From Eledone cirrhosa (taxonomy: Eukaryota), in NCBI GenBank assembly GCA_964016885.1, contig OZ024756.1, forward strand, positions 39,246,001-39,310,000: a stretch of 64,000 nucleotides of DNA, in the 5' to 3' direction. Both the position numbers and the translations under genes were made by a program. How positions within the stretch are numbered: the first letter of the stretch is position 1; every line of letters begins with the position of its first letter. Below, in pieces: positions 12,567 through 24,369 of the stretch. The notes under the pieces are model-generated. The model did not search any database. It saw nothing but the letters and a program-made list of their open reading frames with translations, and was not told the origin of the DNA.

Positions 12567-13121
12567 CTAAAGTATTAATATTTTTGCCATTGATGCATGG
12601 CCTCAAATTACAGAAGATTAAATCTTAAGGCGTTCATTTTTGTAAAAATATTTTATTAGTTTCACCTGCATGAAGAGGTTTTGTAATGGTGTCTGATATC
12701 TCTTTAAACTATTGAGATTGATGCAGTGAACGTTCCTATTGAATAGTTGGAAACGGTGATTGTACGCAATACATGTGCGGGGGAGGGTGTATAAAAAAGA
12801 CCGATGTTTTGGGAAGATGAAAGTTTTTGATGTTAGTGGTTAACGGGAGAGTTGTTCGTTGACGAGAAGTGGAGAGACAAGTGAGTCGGTGGCGCATGAT
12901 GAATGAGTATGACAGGAGAGTAACCAATTCTAAATGACAGAGGAGGTCTTTGTTGTAAGGAGGAGGAGAAAAGGCACAAATAAAACCACAAATAGTTTTG
13001 TATGCCGTTCTACCCATTTTATCAATTTACCTTCCTACAAATCAATAATATATTAAATTGAAATGTCGCATTCTAAAAAAAAAAAGTTTAATTCATAATG
13101 TGTTTTTGTTGTGAACCCCAA

Positions 13122-13587
13122 AATAATGGTTTCTGATTTTAGGCACAAAACCAACGATTTTTGTGGAGGGGAAAGTCGATTAAATCGACACCAGTGCATT
13201 ACTGGTACTTTATTTTATCGACCCCCGTAAGGATGAAAAGCAAGGCTAACCTCATCGGGATTTGAACTGAGAACGTTAAAAGGCTGTAATTATATATATC
13301 GTAAAGTCTGGTGTCCGTCGCTCTATCGACTCTGCCAATCCACCGCCTTTGTGAAACCCAAAATAATGGTTTCTTATATAGGCACAAGGCCAGCAATTCT
13401 GGGGTAGGGGGGAAAGTCGATTAAAATCGGCCCCAGTGCGTGACTGGTACTTTATTTTATCGACCCTGTAAGGATGAAAGGCAAAGTTAACCTCAGCGGG
13501 ATTTGAACTGAGATCATAAAGGGCCATAACTCTATGCTGCAAAGTATGGCGCCCGACGCCCTACCGATACTGCCAATCCACTGCCCT
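13122..13587 (-). mobile_element. Two tandem family A SINEs (13122-13347 and 13362-13587)
   Basis: Core motifs present; the target sequence gtgaa(c/a)cccaaaataa occurs three times. Confidence 0.9.
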
Positions 13588-14649
13588 CGTGAAACACAAA
13601 ATAAAATAAATGTTGTGAGTTTTCAATATATTTTAGCTGGTCAGTGTGTCCTGAAAGTAAGGATCGCCCTTGCAATCGTATAATTTGAGAATGGAATTCA
13701 ACAGAATTATAACGAGGCTTTGTGTTGTTTAGTCATTAATAATTCTCTTTTAAAGTTAATCATTCTGTTTCGTTGTCCTTCTCACACCTTCCGCCATTTC
13801 ATTTACATTTAAAATGTTCACAGCAGGACGTGAGGAAGAAGGGGGGGGTGATAGGAAGGGGGGTTGAGAGGAGAGTGAGAGGAAGGTGGGGGAGAGGAAG
13901 GAGGGCGAGATGAAGAGGGGGGTGAGAGGAAGGAGGGTGAGAGAAAGGAGAGTGAGAGGAAGGGGGGGGGGCGAGATAAAGGCGAAAGGAAATGGAGGAG
14001 GTGAGTGAGAGGAAGATGGAAGAGGAAGGAGGATGATGTGGGAGTTATTTGAAGAAGTGATAAATATCGATGAAAATGTGTGAAGAATTAAAGATTGTAA
14101 TGGACGAAGAAAAAAGAGGAGAGAGAGAGAAGGATAAAGAGAGAGAAGGATAGAGACATGGGGATAGATAGAAGGTGAGAGAAAGAGAGAGATGTGGAGA
14201 AGAAAGACATGGAAATAAATGTTCTAAGCGCTCCTCGTTTCACTTTAGCCACTTTTCAAGGCTCCTAATTAATGGAGAGAATAACATGGACAATCCATCA
14301 ACCTGTCCCCCATCCTATTCTTATATCCCAGCCCTCCCTCTCTACATACACTCTCCCTCTCTCTTTCTCTCTTACCCTACTCCCCTCACTTCATCTCTTT
14401 CCTTTACACACACCTGCTTTGCTTTGGCTGTTGAATTAGAAATAATATTACAATTTAATTAAGCATAATTATTCGACATGTTGCCGCTGGGTAACCACGT
14501 AATAGAAAAGTCATTGCAAATCATTTTATATTATAAGTCTCAGATCACATTGGATCTGTTGAAGGAAATACCCACCCACCACCAAGCGACGACATAAACG
14601 GATACATACTCACGCCCACACCAAAATGGAGTCATTCTGCCCACACCCG

Positions 14650-14812
14650 GGACGCCATGCTTTGCAGTAAAGAGTTAAGACCCTTTATGATCTGAGTTCA
14701 AATTCCGCCGAGGTTTACTTTGCCTTTCATCCTTACGGGGTCGATAAAATAAAGTACCTGTAATACACTGGGATAATTGCTGGCCTTGTGCCTAAAGTAG
14801 AAACAATTATTC
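14650..14812 (+). mobile_element. SINE family A
   Basis: B-box gagttcaaattcc, core and tail. Confidence 0.88.
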
Positions 14813-15112
14813 TTATAGTGGTAGAGTAGCAGAATCGGGAGAGAAATGAAGAAAACAACTTATTAAAAATCCTAACTTACATTATAAGTGTCAATTAATC
14901 TCTTTACACATCAAAAAAAAAAAAAAAAAAAAATAATAATAGTAAATAAATAAATAAATAAAATAAAAAGAAACCCTACAATAAAATAATCCGATATAAT
15001 GTTAAGCAATTGCCTTACAGCAGTAATTTGAATCATATATTTAAATTACATTATTTGAATATATTTCTGTGATACCGTGGCTCAAAATTTGGTGACGATG
15101 CGATGAATTCGC

Positions 15113-15295
15113 TTGGCAGTATCGGTAGAGGGTCGGACGCCATGCTTTGCAGCAAAATTTACGGCCCTTTATGGTCTGAGTTCAAATCCCGTCGAGGTTA
15201 ACTTTGCCTTTCATCCTTACGGGGTCAATAAAATAAAGTACCAGTAATACACTGGGATAATTGCTGGCCTTGTGCCAAAAGTAGAAACAATTATT
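15113..15295 (+). mobile_element. SINE family A flanked by a ~49-bp direct duplication
   Basis: A and B boxes and core present; flanks at 15065-15113 and 15305-15353. Confidence 0.9.
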
Positions 15296-16125
15296 TAAAT
15301 AAGCTTCTGTGTTACTGTGGCTCAAAATTTGGTGGCGATTTGATGAATTCGCTGTTGGTTTCAGCGTGGAACAGTCCGTAGTTCTAGCAACGGGCAAATG
15401 GTTGAGTATTCCATAGACACGTGTACTCTAAAGTAAACCTAACACAAGGCTGAATCATTTAATTACTGGTGCAATCTAAAGAGAATGAGAGAAAGAGAAG
15501 AATCGCTCCTAAAATGATGAAAGGCAAAGTTTGTTTCGATAGGATTTCAAACCTGTCAACTCTCCCCGTCAGACGGGGAGTCCTCCCAACAACTTTGGGT
15601 GGGTGAAAGATGTCTTCTCTTGTGAAAATAGGTATAGCTTTCATTAGGTAAAACCTCTCCATTTTGCATCATTTCTTCCCGTTTTGGGGCACTTTTTTTC
15701 ATGGTACTTCCCGTTAGAGGCTGATAGGTCTGAAATAATACATACATATTGAGCATATGTAGAATCTGTAGAACGTATTGTAAAAACTTACATCTGACTA
15801 ACAGAGAAAACATTTGAAGAAAGATTTACACAGCCCAACTATCTATTTAAATCTACATAAAAGCAAAATGCAAACAGATCTTTTGAAATAAATTTTATTT
15901 CTGAAAGATAAGAAGAAGCAACAATAAAATGAAATATACTTGCAAAAAGAAAGTCATAAAACTATTTTCAACTTAACCTGGTTACAACGTAAACTATAAA
16001 GAAAGTTTCTTTTCATGACTCCATGTTAAGAAATATAATCTATATTTCTACTTTAATAGCAGCAAAGTTTGAAGAGAAATATTGTTTTATAAAACTGTAC
16101 ACGTTACACAACTAGTTCTATAAGG

Positions 16126-16190
16126 ACACCTTCACACACACACACACACACAGACAGACACAGAGAGAGGGAGACACACACACACACCTT

Positions 16191-16221
<31 letters not shown>

Positions 16222-16225
16222 GGAG

Positions 16226-16256
<31 letters not shown>

Positions 16257-16870
16257 GACACAGACACAGACATACAGAGAGAGAGAGAGAGGGGGAGAGG
16301 GAGACACACACACACAGAGATACACACACACACACACACACACACAGACACAGACAGACAGAGAGAGAGGGAGACACACACACACACACACACCTTCACA
16401 CACACACAGACACAGAGAGAGAGAGGGAGACACACACACACACACAGATACACACACACAGACACAGACATACAGAGCGAGAGAGAGAGGGGGAGAGGGA
16501 GACACACACACACAGATACACACACACACATACACACACACACAGACACACAGACAGAGAGAGAGGGAGAGAGACACACACACACACACACACAGAGACA
16601 CAGACATACAGAGAGAGAGAGAGAGACACACACACACATAGACACAGACATACAGAGAGAGAGAGAGAGGGAGGGAGAGAGAGAGACACACACACAGATA
16701 CAGATACACACACATACACACACATACACACACACAGAGACACAGACATATACACACACAAAGACATAGAGAGAGAGAGAGAGACAGAGATACACACACA
16801 CATACACACATACACACACAGACACATACAGAGAGAGAGAGAGAGACACACATACACACATATATATATA
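16126..16870. repeat. Compound (CA)n/(GA)n repeat with higher-order duplication
   Basis: Read directly. Confidence 0.92.
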
Positions 16871-16874
16871 TATA

Positions 16875-16955
16875 CAGGGTGTCCCCCAAAATATATACAC
16901 ATTTTGATTAGTTGTACAGGCAATATTTATTAGAATGTTGTTGAAGTGTGTATAC

Positions 16956-16959
<4 letters not shown>
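16875..16959. mobile_element. Tc1/mariner-type MITE with the right TIR replaced by (CA)n
   Basis: Begins TA-CAGGGTGTCCCCCAAAA; the internal sequence matches the other copies. Confidence 0.75.
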
Positions 16960-17031
<72 letters not shown>

Positions 17032-18254
17032 GTATATATACACACACACATGTGCACACGCACACATATATATACACATATGTACACACACACATACATA
17101 CAGACATGTAGGCAGGTGTGCTCATGCAGACACCGTTTACCATTAGTTATTCTTTATGTCTGAATAACTTTTTTGTGTGTTTTCCAATTTCATAAACAAA
17201 CACATTATCAGATTAAATTATTTAATATCATATAATTGGCCTTTTACAAGTTAAAATTTTCTAGTTTGTTTGTTTTTAAAAACATAATCTAAATTCTTTG
17301 ATTTTCTTGTTAGTCGTAGTAGTGATGGATGTGATTTTAATTGTCTTGTCACCCAGTCAGGATTTCAAACCGAACTAGTTTCTTTCTACTTATTTTATGT
17401 GGTGTGAAAAACTTCTATATATTCCTCTCGGTTCATATACTTTTTTAATATTTTATTTTAGTGTCTTATGATAAAGACATGGCCACAAAATACATATAAA
17501 AACAATATTAGTTTTCAACAGACGAAAAATAATTAGATTAGCGTTTTGTTTATTGATTGGTTGATTGGTTAGTTTGCTATTAGTTCAGCTGTAAATACAC
17601 CTAACATAATATTTGGTCAATATTCTTTTTCACATTTACTCAGCGTTGTGTGTTTAATAAACGCAACGTTTCCACTGGTGAATTTCAATCAACAAAAATC
17701 TCAATATTTACGGTTTATTTTTGTATTAAAAGGTTTCAATGTTTCAGCAAATAGAAAATAACGTTTATTATATTTGTATTTCTCTATTTACTTATTTATT
17801 CATTTTATTATCGCTACGCTCCATACCTCCTTCAGGAAAACAAGATCACATAGAACTATATTCTATGAAAAGCACCATATTATTTATCATCCATTTTTAC
17901 GACCGGTTGTTGATCGTAAAATCCCCCGTTAGATAAAACAGACGATAAAGTTCAACAATAGATCATTACCTTCTTTAAGAAATGATATTTTAAAGGAGGA
18001 GAGAAAAAAAAAAGGATATTCAGCATGATCTGCTGCTGAACAAACAGTTGTCTAACGGGAGAAACCTTACAGAGGCAATAATTATAACTTATCATTCTCC
18101 AACACACGAGAGTGTCGTATATCTTAAATATATATAAAGACGTGGAATGGTAAGAAATAGAAACTTTTGTTAAGCTTCTTGAAGGATCAAGGAAACACAT
18201 TTACAGGTATGTATACCCGTAAATGTGTATTTAGATGTGTGTGGGAGTCCATGT

Positions 18255-18258
<4 letters not shown>

Positions 18259-18349
<91 letters not shown>

Positions 18350-18448
18350 TACATACATACATACATACATACATACATACATACATACATACATACATAC
18401 ATACATACATACATACATACATACATACATACATACATACATACATAC
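18259..18448. repeat. (CA)n(CATA)n microsatellite
   Basis: Read directly. Confidence 0.97.
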
Positions 18449-18811
18449 AGTGGTGAACCATAAAACACACACACACACATATGTATATATTAATTTCAAT
18501 AATCTAAATTAACATTATTAGCCCACCTGATGATAATTCTTTACAATTATGCAAATTACTTCCCACCAAAATTCTTCAGGACTTTTTAAAAATCTATGTC
18601 TTCTGGTCTAGTTGATTTGAGACAACTATATGATGCCGAACTCTAGTAAGACCACTCATACTGGTATGAGGAACTTATATTTTACCTTAAACATAGTAAT
18701 TAGTTTCTGTGAATTGTATTTGCAGTTTCTTGAAATGTTATGCTTTTTTTTTACTTCGTGTCAGTCCCTAACTCTTGCGACTGGCCTTATTGATAATATT
18801 ATCTACGTTAG

Positions 18812-19230
18812 CCAGAACTTCACCACATTATATCTTACCTGAATAATTGAGAACCTCACTTACCTACCTTACCTGAATCATTTAAAACTTCCCAACCCTA
18901 TACCTTACCTGAATCACCCAGAACCTCACCACCCTCCTACCTTACCTGAATCATTTAGAACTTCCCAACCCTATACCTTACCTGAATCACCCAGAACCTC
19001 ACCACCCTCCTACCTTACCTGAATCACCTAGAACTTCACTACCCTCCTACCTTACCTGAATCACCCAGAACTTCACCACCTTCCTACCTTACCTGAATCA
19101 CCCAGAACCTCACCACCTTCTTACCTTACCTGAATCACCCAGAACCTCACCACCCTCCTACCTTACTTGAACCACCCAGAACTTAACCACCCAGAACCTC
19201 ACCACCTTCTTACCTTACCTGAATCATCCC
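18812..19230. repeat. Minisatellite of about 40 bp, roughly 10 copies
   Basis: Unit cctaccttacctgaatcacccagaacctcaccacc(c/t)t. Confidence 0.92.
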
Positions 19231-19761
19231 TAATATAATACTTTTCTTAATGTTTTGTTCTCTGAGATTGTGTGGAAGTTGAGTGCTATGGAATGGCACT
19301 TAGAGAGAGAGAGAGAGAGAGAGAGGGAGAAAGGGAGAGAGGGAGATAGAGATAGAGAAAGGGAGATAGAGAAAGGGAGATAGAGAAAGGGAGAGAGATT
19401 GATATATATATAGAGAGAGAGATTGAGATTTATATATATATATAAGAGAGAGAGAGAGAGATTGAAAGAAAGATAGAGAGGGGGGGGGGGCGAGAGAGAG
19501 AGTAACAAGTGAAATGAAAGTCTGAATGGCGTGTTTCTCACACAGCTCTAACTGGCAAATAGGAAAGGACTAATGGAAATAAGGAAGAAGGGGGTCAGCA
19601 GTAGAGGCCAGCATGTTGCTTTAAGTAATCTTAGTACACTAATAAATTATGATGGAAAACTTGGAATCTGTAAAGAAGTTGCAGCTTTACTATAAATGCT
19701 GAGATAAAAGATCTTCTGAAATATTGGCAGTTACATGTAAATATTACTAACACGACGAAAG

Positions 19762-20152
19762 TGTATTACTGGTACTTTATTTTATCGACCCCCCCGTAAA
19801 GATGAAAGGCAAAGTTAACCACGGCGAGATTTGAACTCAGAACGTAAAGGGCCATAACTTTATGCTGTAAAGTTAACCACGGCGGGATTTGAACTCAGAA
19901 CGTAAAGGGACGTGACTCTATATCGCAAAGCCTGGTGATCATCGCTCTACCATTACTGCCAATAATAATTGTTTCTACTTTTGGCACAAGGCCAGCAATT
20001 ATCCCAGTGCATTACTGGTACTTTATTTTATCGACCCCGTAAGGATGAAAGGCAAAGTTAACCTCGGCGGGATTTGAACTCAGAATGGCAAGGGCCGTAA
20101 CTCTATCAAAGCATGGCGTCTGACGCTCTACCGATTCTGCCAAATCACTGCC
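19762..20152 (-). mobile_element. Two tandem family A SINEs; the first has an internal duplication
   Basis: Core motifs present; aaagttaaccacggcg.gatttgaactcagaacgtaaaggg occurs twice in 19811-19915. Confidence 0.88.
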
Positions 20153-20174
20153 AATAATAATAATAAGGAATGAT

Positions 20175-20400
20175 AAAAAAAAAAAACAGCACAAAAACAC
20201 ACAGACAAATACGTAACCAAAACCCCAGGACTTCCAAATATATACAACATACAAAAAAATAGCACTATTAGGCACTGCACATATATTACGAAAAGTATTA
20301 TCAATACAATAGAAACAACACAAAATCTACACTGCACATACCGAAGGCAGACAATGCTGTGCTCAGTAAAGCAGTAATAATGTACAGCAATAATAATAAG
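20175..20400 (+). mobile_element. 3' end of an R4/Dong-like LINE within a (TAA)n tract
   Basis: Translation DKYVTKTPGLPNIYNIQK/IALLGTAHILRKVLSIQ* (one frameshift in an A-run); taataataa on both sides. Confidence 0.8.
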
Positions 20401-20684
20401 ATTATGAAGAAGAAATTGTATCAATATATCTTATGTGTTCAAGATAAAATCATAATGGTATATTTGCCCAGAAAGAAAATATATACTATTTCGGCTGATA
20501 TATTTTTTTTACAGTAGACAGTCAATTAAATGTTCAGGAAACCCATCAAGACAATCAGTATATTTCCAAACTATTTATACAATTTACGGCGTGAAAGTAA
20601 TTAGGATTGGTCATAAAATAGAATTGTGTCTATTATCACTTTATTAAAGTGTTTCTCAACCCCCACCAATATATATAAGTTTTA

Positions 20685-20737
20685 ATATAGATGAGATTCT
20701 ACAGAACTAGAACTGTTTCATTCTTTAGAAAGCATCA
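20685..20737 (-). mobile_element. Penelope-like remnant, family B, beginning at the hammerhead CTGATG
   Basis: The minus strand reads (TA)n-CTGATGCTTTCTAAAGAATGAAACAGTTCTAGTTCTGTAGAA. It is homologous to 33680, 35783, 42630 and 42978. Confidence 0.6.
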
Positions 20738-20738
20738 G

Positions 20739-20774
<36 letters not shown>

Positions 20775-20811
20775 GTATATATAAATGTAATCTGAGTTTT
20801 TAGAATATTAA

Positions 20812-21000
20812 TAATTGTTTCTACTTTTGGCACAAGGCCAGCAATTACCCCAGTACATTACTGGTACTTTATTTTATCAACCCCGTAAGGATGAAAGGCA
20901 AAGTTAACCTCGACGGGAATTGAACTCAGATCGTAAAGGGACGTAACTATGCTGGAAAGCATAATCCAACCCTCTACCGATACTGCCAATTCACCGCCCT
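20812..21000 (-). mobile_element. SINE family A
   Basis: Core motif present. Confidence 0.9.
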
Positions 21001-21219
21001 CATTATATCTATATAATGTTTGAAAACAAGTGTGTTATGTTGTGTGTAGGGAGTGTTAGGTGGTGGGGAACGACTGAGGGGTTGAGTAGGGGTGATGCTG
21101 TAGTAATTAAAGCATGGATGTATTGGAATCTGTATAAAATTACTCGGGATTTGTAAGTAAAGCTTATTGCCTCCAAACCACCCGACCCCACCGAGTGCTG
21201 GCCTTATACGTTCTCTTTT

Positions 21220-21775
21220 TGTGACGCTTAGCTCCGCCAGTTGCAGACTGCGCATTAACATGTGATATCTCTCTCCACAAAGTTTGATTACCAGCAGCAG
21301 AGTTTAAAGAGCAAAGATCAAGTCCAGTCATTGTTTTGGCTGCTGGCCTCTGCTTCTCCTACCAGCCAACCATCCTTCCAGGCATATATAATACCTTTCG
21401 ATCACCAACAGCAGAGTTTAAAGAGCAAAGAACAGGTCCAATCCATAGGTTGACATTATCAAGCCATCGTTTTGGCTGCTGGCCTCTGCTTCTCTTACCA
21501 GCCAGCCAGCCTTCCTGCCAGGCATAACCTATTCACACCACGAGTTGATCTTTTTATATGACCGCATAGTTTGAGTACTCTTGACTTGACAATTGATGTA
21601 ATTGGTCTAAGTTTTGTAATGTTGAGCAGCTCACTGATACAGATATGGTCGCTGAGCCGCTTGCCAGTCATAAGTCTCATGATGTGGTTCTGGAATGTAG
21701 AGAGCTTCTGAAGTGACCTTGTCGTCCAATTAACACAGTCAAGACCATATAACACAACTGGTAGGATGTAAGTAG
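21220..21775 (-). mobile_element. RTE-clade LINE 3' fragment with an internal tandem duplication
   Basis: LPVVLYGLDCVNWT...LSTFQNHIMR...VKSRVLKLCGHIKR, then frameshifted GKRSRGQQPKRWLDNV. About 120 bp is duplicated (21283-21385 and 21397-21527). Confidence 0.85.
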
Positions 21776-21839
21776 GATGTAAGTATCAAAGATCATTGTT
21801 AGATATCTCTTTATAATTCTAATGAAAAACGTTGTATTT

Positions 21840-22170
21840 AACAAATGACTCTGTCCTGGAAGAGATAGGTGCCAATCGACATTTGGTTGAAACAGTAAGG
21901 TAAAGGAAACCTCAGTATTTTGGTTATGTCATTAGAGCTCCAAATTTGACTACCCACATCCTTGAGGGACGAATACAGGGGAATAAGGGCCGAATACAGG
22001 GGACTACAGAAAAGGAGATGGGCAGATGATATTAAGGAATGAACAGGAAGGTGTTTAGCAGAATAAATGGCAATGGTAAGAGACAGGAAAAGATGGAGAG
22101 TGCTGGCCCATAAGTCCTTGACCTCTGTTCCTCAGATATGAGGATGGGATGAGGCTAGGCTAGGCTAGGC
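21840..22170 (+). mobile_element. Degenerate RTE-clade LINE 3' fragment with an (AGGCT)n tail
   Basis: RHLVETVR*RKPQYFGYVIRA...ILEGRIQG...RRWADDIKE*TG...VRDRKRWRVL. Confidence 0.8.
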
Positions 22171-22351
22171 ATACAATGGTGGAAACACTGAAAAACGATA
22201 AAAACAAAACGTTAGTTACGGGTAGTTTATCCACAAAATGTTTGTAATAAAAGAGTTATTAAAATAAGAAACTTGGTTTTGTACCCTATATATAGATATA
22301 TAAAATACTGCAATTAGCCGTCCTTTTTGATGACACGGGGTCATCTTGTAA

Positions 22352-22485
22352 TAATTGTTTCTACTTTTGGCACAAGACCAGCAATTATCCCAGTGTATTA
22401 CTGGTACTTTATTTTATCTACCTAGTAAGGATGAAAGGCAAAGTTAACCTCGGCGGGATTTGAACTCAGAATGGCAAGGGCTGTG
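22352..22485 (-). mobile_element. SINE family A, truncated next to the RTE fragment
   Basis: Core motif present. Confidence 0.85.
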
Positions 22486-22486
22486 A

Positions 22487-22980
22487 TAATAATAATGATC
22501 ATTCTTCTTGGTTGTCCATCGTAAACGATGATGACATCTTCTTTATTTTAATTCCCGTCTGCCGTGGGCACGAAGGTGGCTGTGGAGGCCGATCCTTGAT
22601 TTGCAGGTCCGGGGACAATTGGGGCAGGGGAAGAGACGGGAGTCGCTTAGGGCAGCTGTTGATGCCTTTCTCCTCCTTTCACGGGCCTCAGTGACCTCTG
22701 CCCGTCTCTTCTTTTCAAAAGAGTCTTTGGCGCGTCTGGTAAGGGCTCGCCACTCAGTCCTGTCCTGAGCATGGGACTCGAGTTGTTTTGGCACGATTCC
22801 AGTGTTGTTGATGCTGGACTTCGCGCAGTCTTTGAACCTCTTGAGAGGCCTGCCCCGCTTTCGTTTCCCCGAACAGAGTTCCCCATACATCAGTTGCTTC
22901 GGAAGCCTGTGATTGTCCATCCGGATGACATGTCCCACCCATCGAAGTCGGCTCTTCAGTATCATAGCTTCATTAATGTT
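22487..22980 (-). mobile_element. RTE-clade LINE 3' fragment with a C-terminal C2H2 zinc finger
   Basis: ORF 22543-22965 contains RLRWVGHVIRMDNHRLPKQLMYGEL..GKRKRGRPLKRFKD and CPNCPRTCKSRIGLHSHLRAH. A short 3' UTR and (ATT)n tail follow. Confidence 0.93.
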
Positions 22981-23349
22981 AACTTAATAGCCTAACATTC
23001 AGGATCAAGCTCTACAGCAAGACACTCAACTCTACCACGGTACTGAGTAGTTTCTCAGCCATTCGTTTAAGGGTGTGTATGTGTGTGTATGTGTATGTGT
23101 TTGTGTTTGTGTGTGCACGTTTGTGTGTTTGTCTTCTCCCCCTCTCCCCTCTCTTCCCCCTCTCTCTCCCCTCTCTCTCTCTATTTACAATCCAAAAGAG
23201 ATTACGATAATTAATTCTATTATTGCCAACATTAAAATGTAATTAAACACGTTTCGCCTTCAGAGTTCCGTGACATGAGAGGGGGGGGGGACCGGAAGTG
23301 ATGGGGACGGAGAAACCATTGACAAATGTCTTCCTATTCCAAAGGTATT

Positions 23350-24190
23350 GGCAGTGGTGGTGGTGGGGGGGCGATGTTGGTGGTGGGGTGGTTTGGTGGT
23401 ATTGGTAATGTTGATGGGTGGTAAGGGTGGTGGTGTTGTCAAGAGGAGGTGATGCTGCTGATGGTGGTGGTGGTAAGGGTGGAGGTAAGGGTGGTGCTGG
23501 TGCTGGTGGTGCTGGTGATGGTGGTGCTGGTGGTGGTGATGGTAAGGGTGGTGGTGGTGGTGATACTGGTGGTGTGGTGGTGATGGTAAGGGTGGTGGTT
23601 GTGATGCTGGTGGTGTGGTGGTGATGGTAAGGGTGGTGGTGGTGATGCTGGTGGTGTGGTGGTGATGGTAAGGGTGGTGGTGGTGATGCTGGTGGTGTGG
23701 TGGTGATGGTAAGGGTGGTGGTGGTGATGCTGGTGGTGTGGTGGTGATGGTAAGGGTGGTGGTGGTGATGCTGGTGGTGTGGTGGTGATGGTAAGGGTGG
23801 TGGTGGTGTGGTGATGGTAAGGGTGGTGGTGGTGATGCTGGTGGTGGTGTGGTGATGGTAAGGGTGATGGTGGTGGTAGTGTGGTGATGGTAAGGGTGGT
23901 GGTGGTGATGCTGGTGGTGTGGTGGTGATGGTAAGGGTGGTGGTGGTGTGGTGATGGTAAGGGTGATGGTGGTGGTAGTGTGGTGATGGTAAGGATGGTG
24001 GTGGTGGTGGTGTGGTAATGGTAAGGGTGGTGATACTGGGGTGTGGTGGTGATGGTAAGGGTGATGCTGGTGATGGTAAGGGTGGTGGTGGTGATGCTGG
24101 TGGTGGTGGTGTGGTGGTGGTGTGGTCATGGTAAGGGTGGTGGTGATGGTAAGGGTGGTGGTGGTGTGGTGGTGGTAAGGGTGGTTGTTT
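23350..24190. repeat. GGT-rich minisatellite (about 42-bp higher-order unit)
   Basis: Repeating ggtgatggtaagggtggtggtggtgatgctggtggtgtggt; explains the His/Pro/Thr ORFs. Confidence 0.93.
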
Positions 24191-24369
24191 TGTCAATATA
24201 TCGTCAACTCCATGCTGCTGTAATGGTGACATCAATAGTGATATTTCAAGATCGATATCTGTGGCGTTCGATATAATAGTTAAACTGGCGATAGTGTAAT
24301 ATCGATGAGTCACAAAAGTGATCATAATAAAGAGGATTAAGAAAATGATATTGATTTTTATATTGGAAT

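Noticed and set aside
15556-15830. Possible short intron (gtaagt...tttcag) and exon on the minus strand
   Set aside because: There is no convincing upstream reading frame or recognisable peptide.
18527-18560. Hammerhead-like CTGATGATAATT...AATTATGCAAA
   Set aside because: GAAA is interrupted and no stem I or III is evident; it could be chance.
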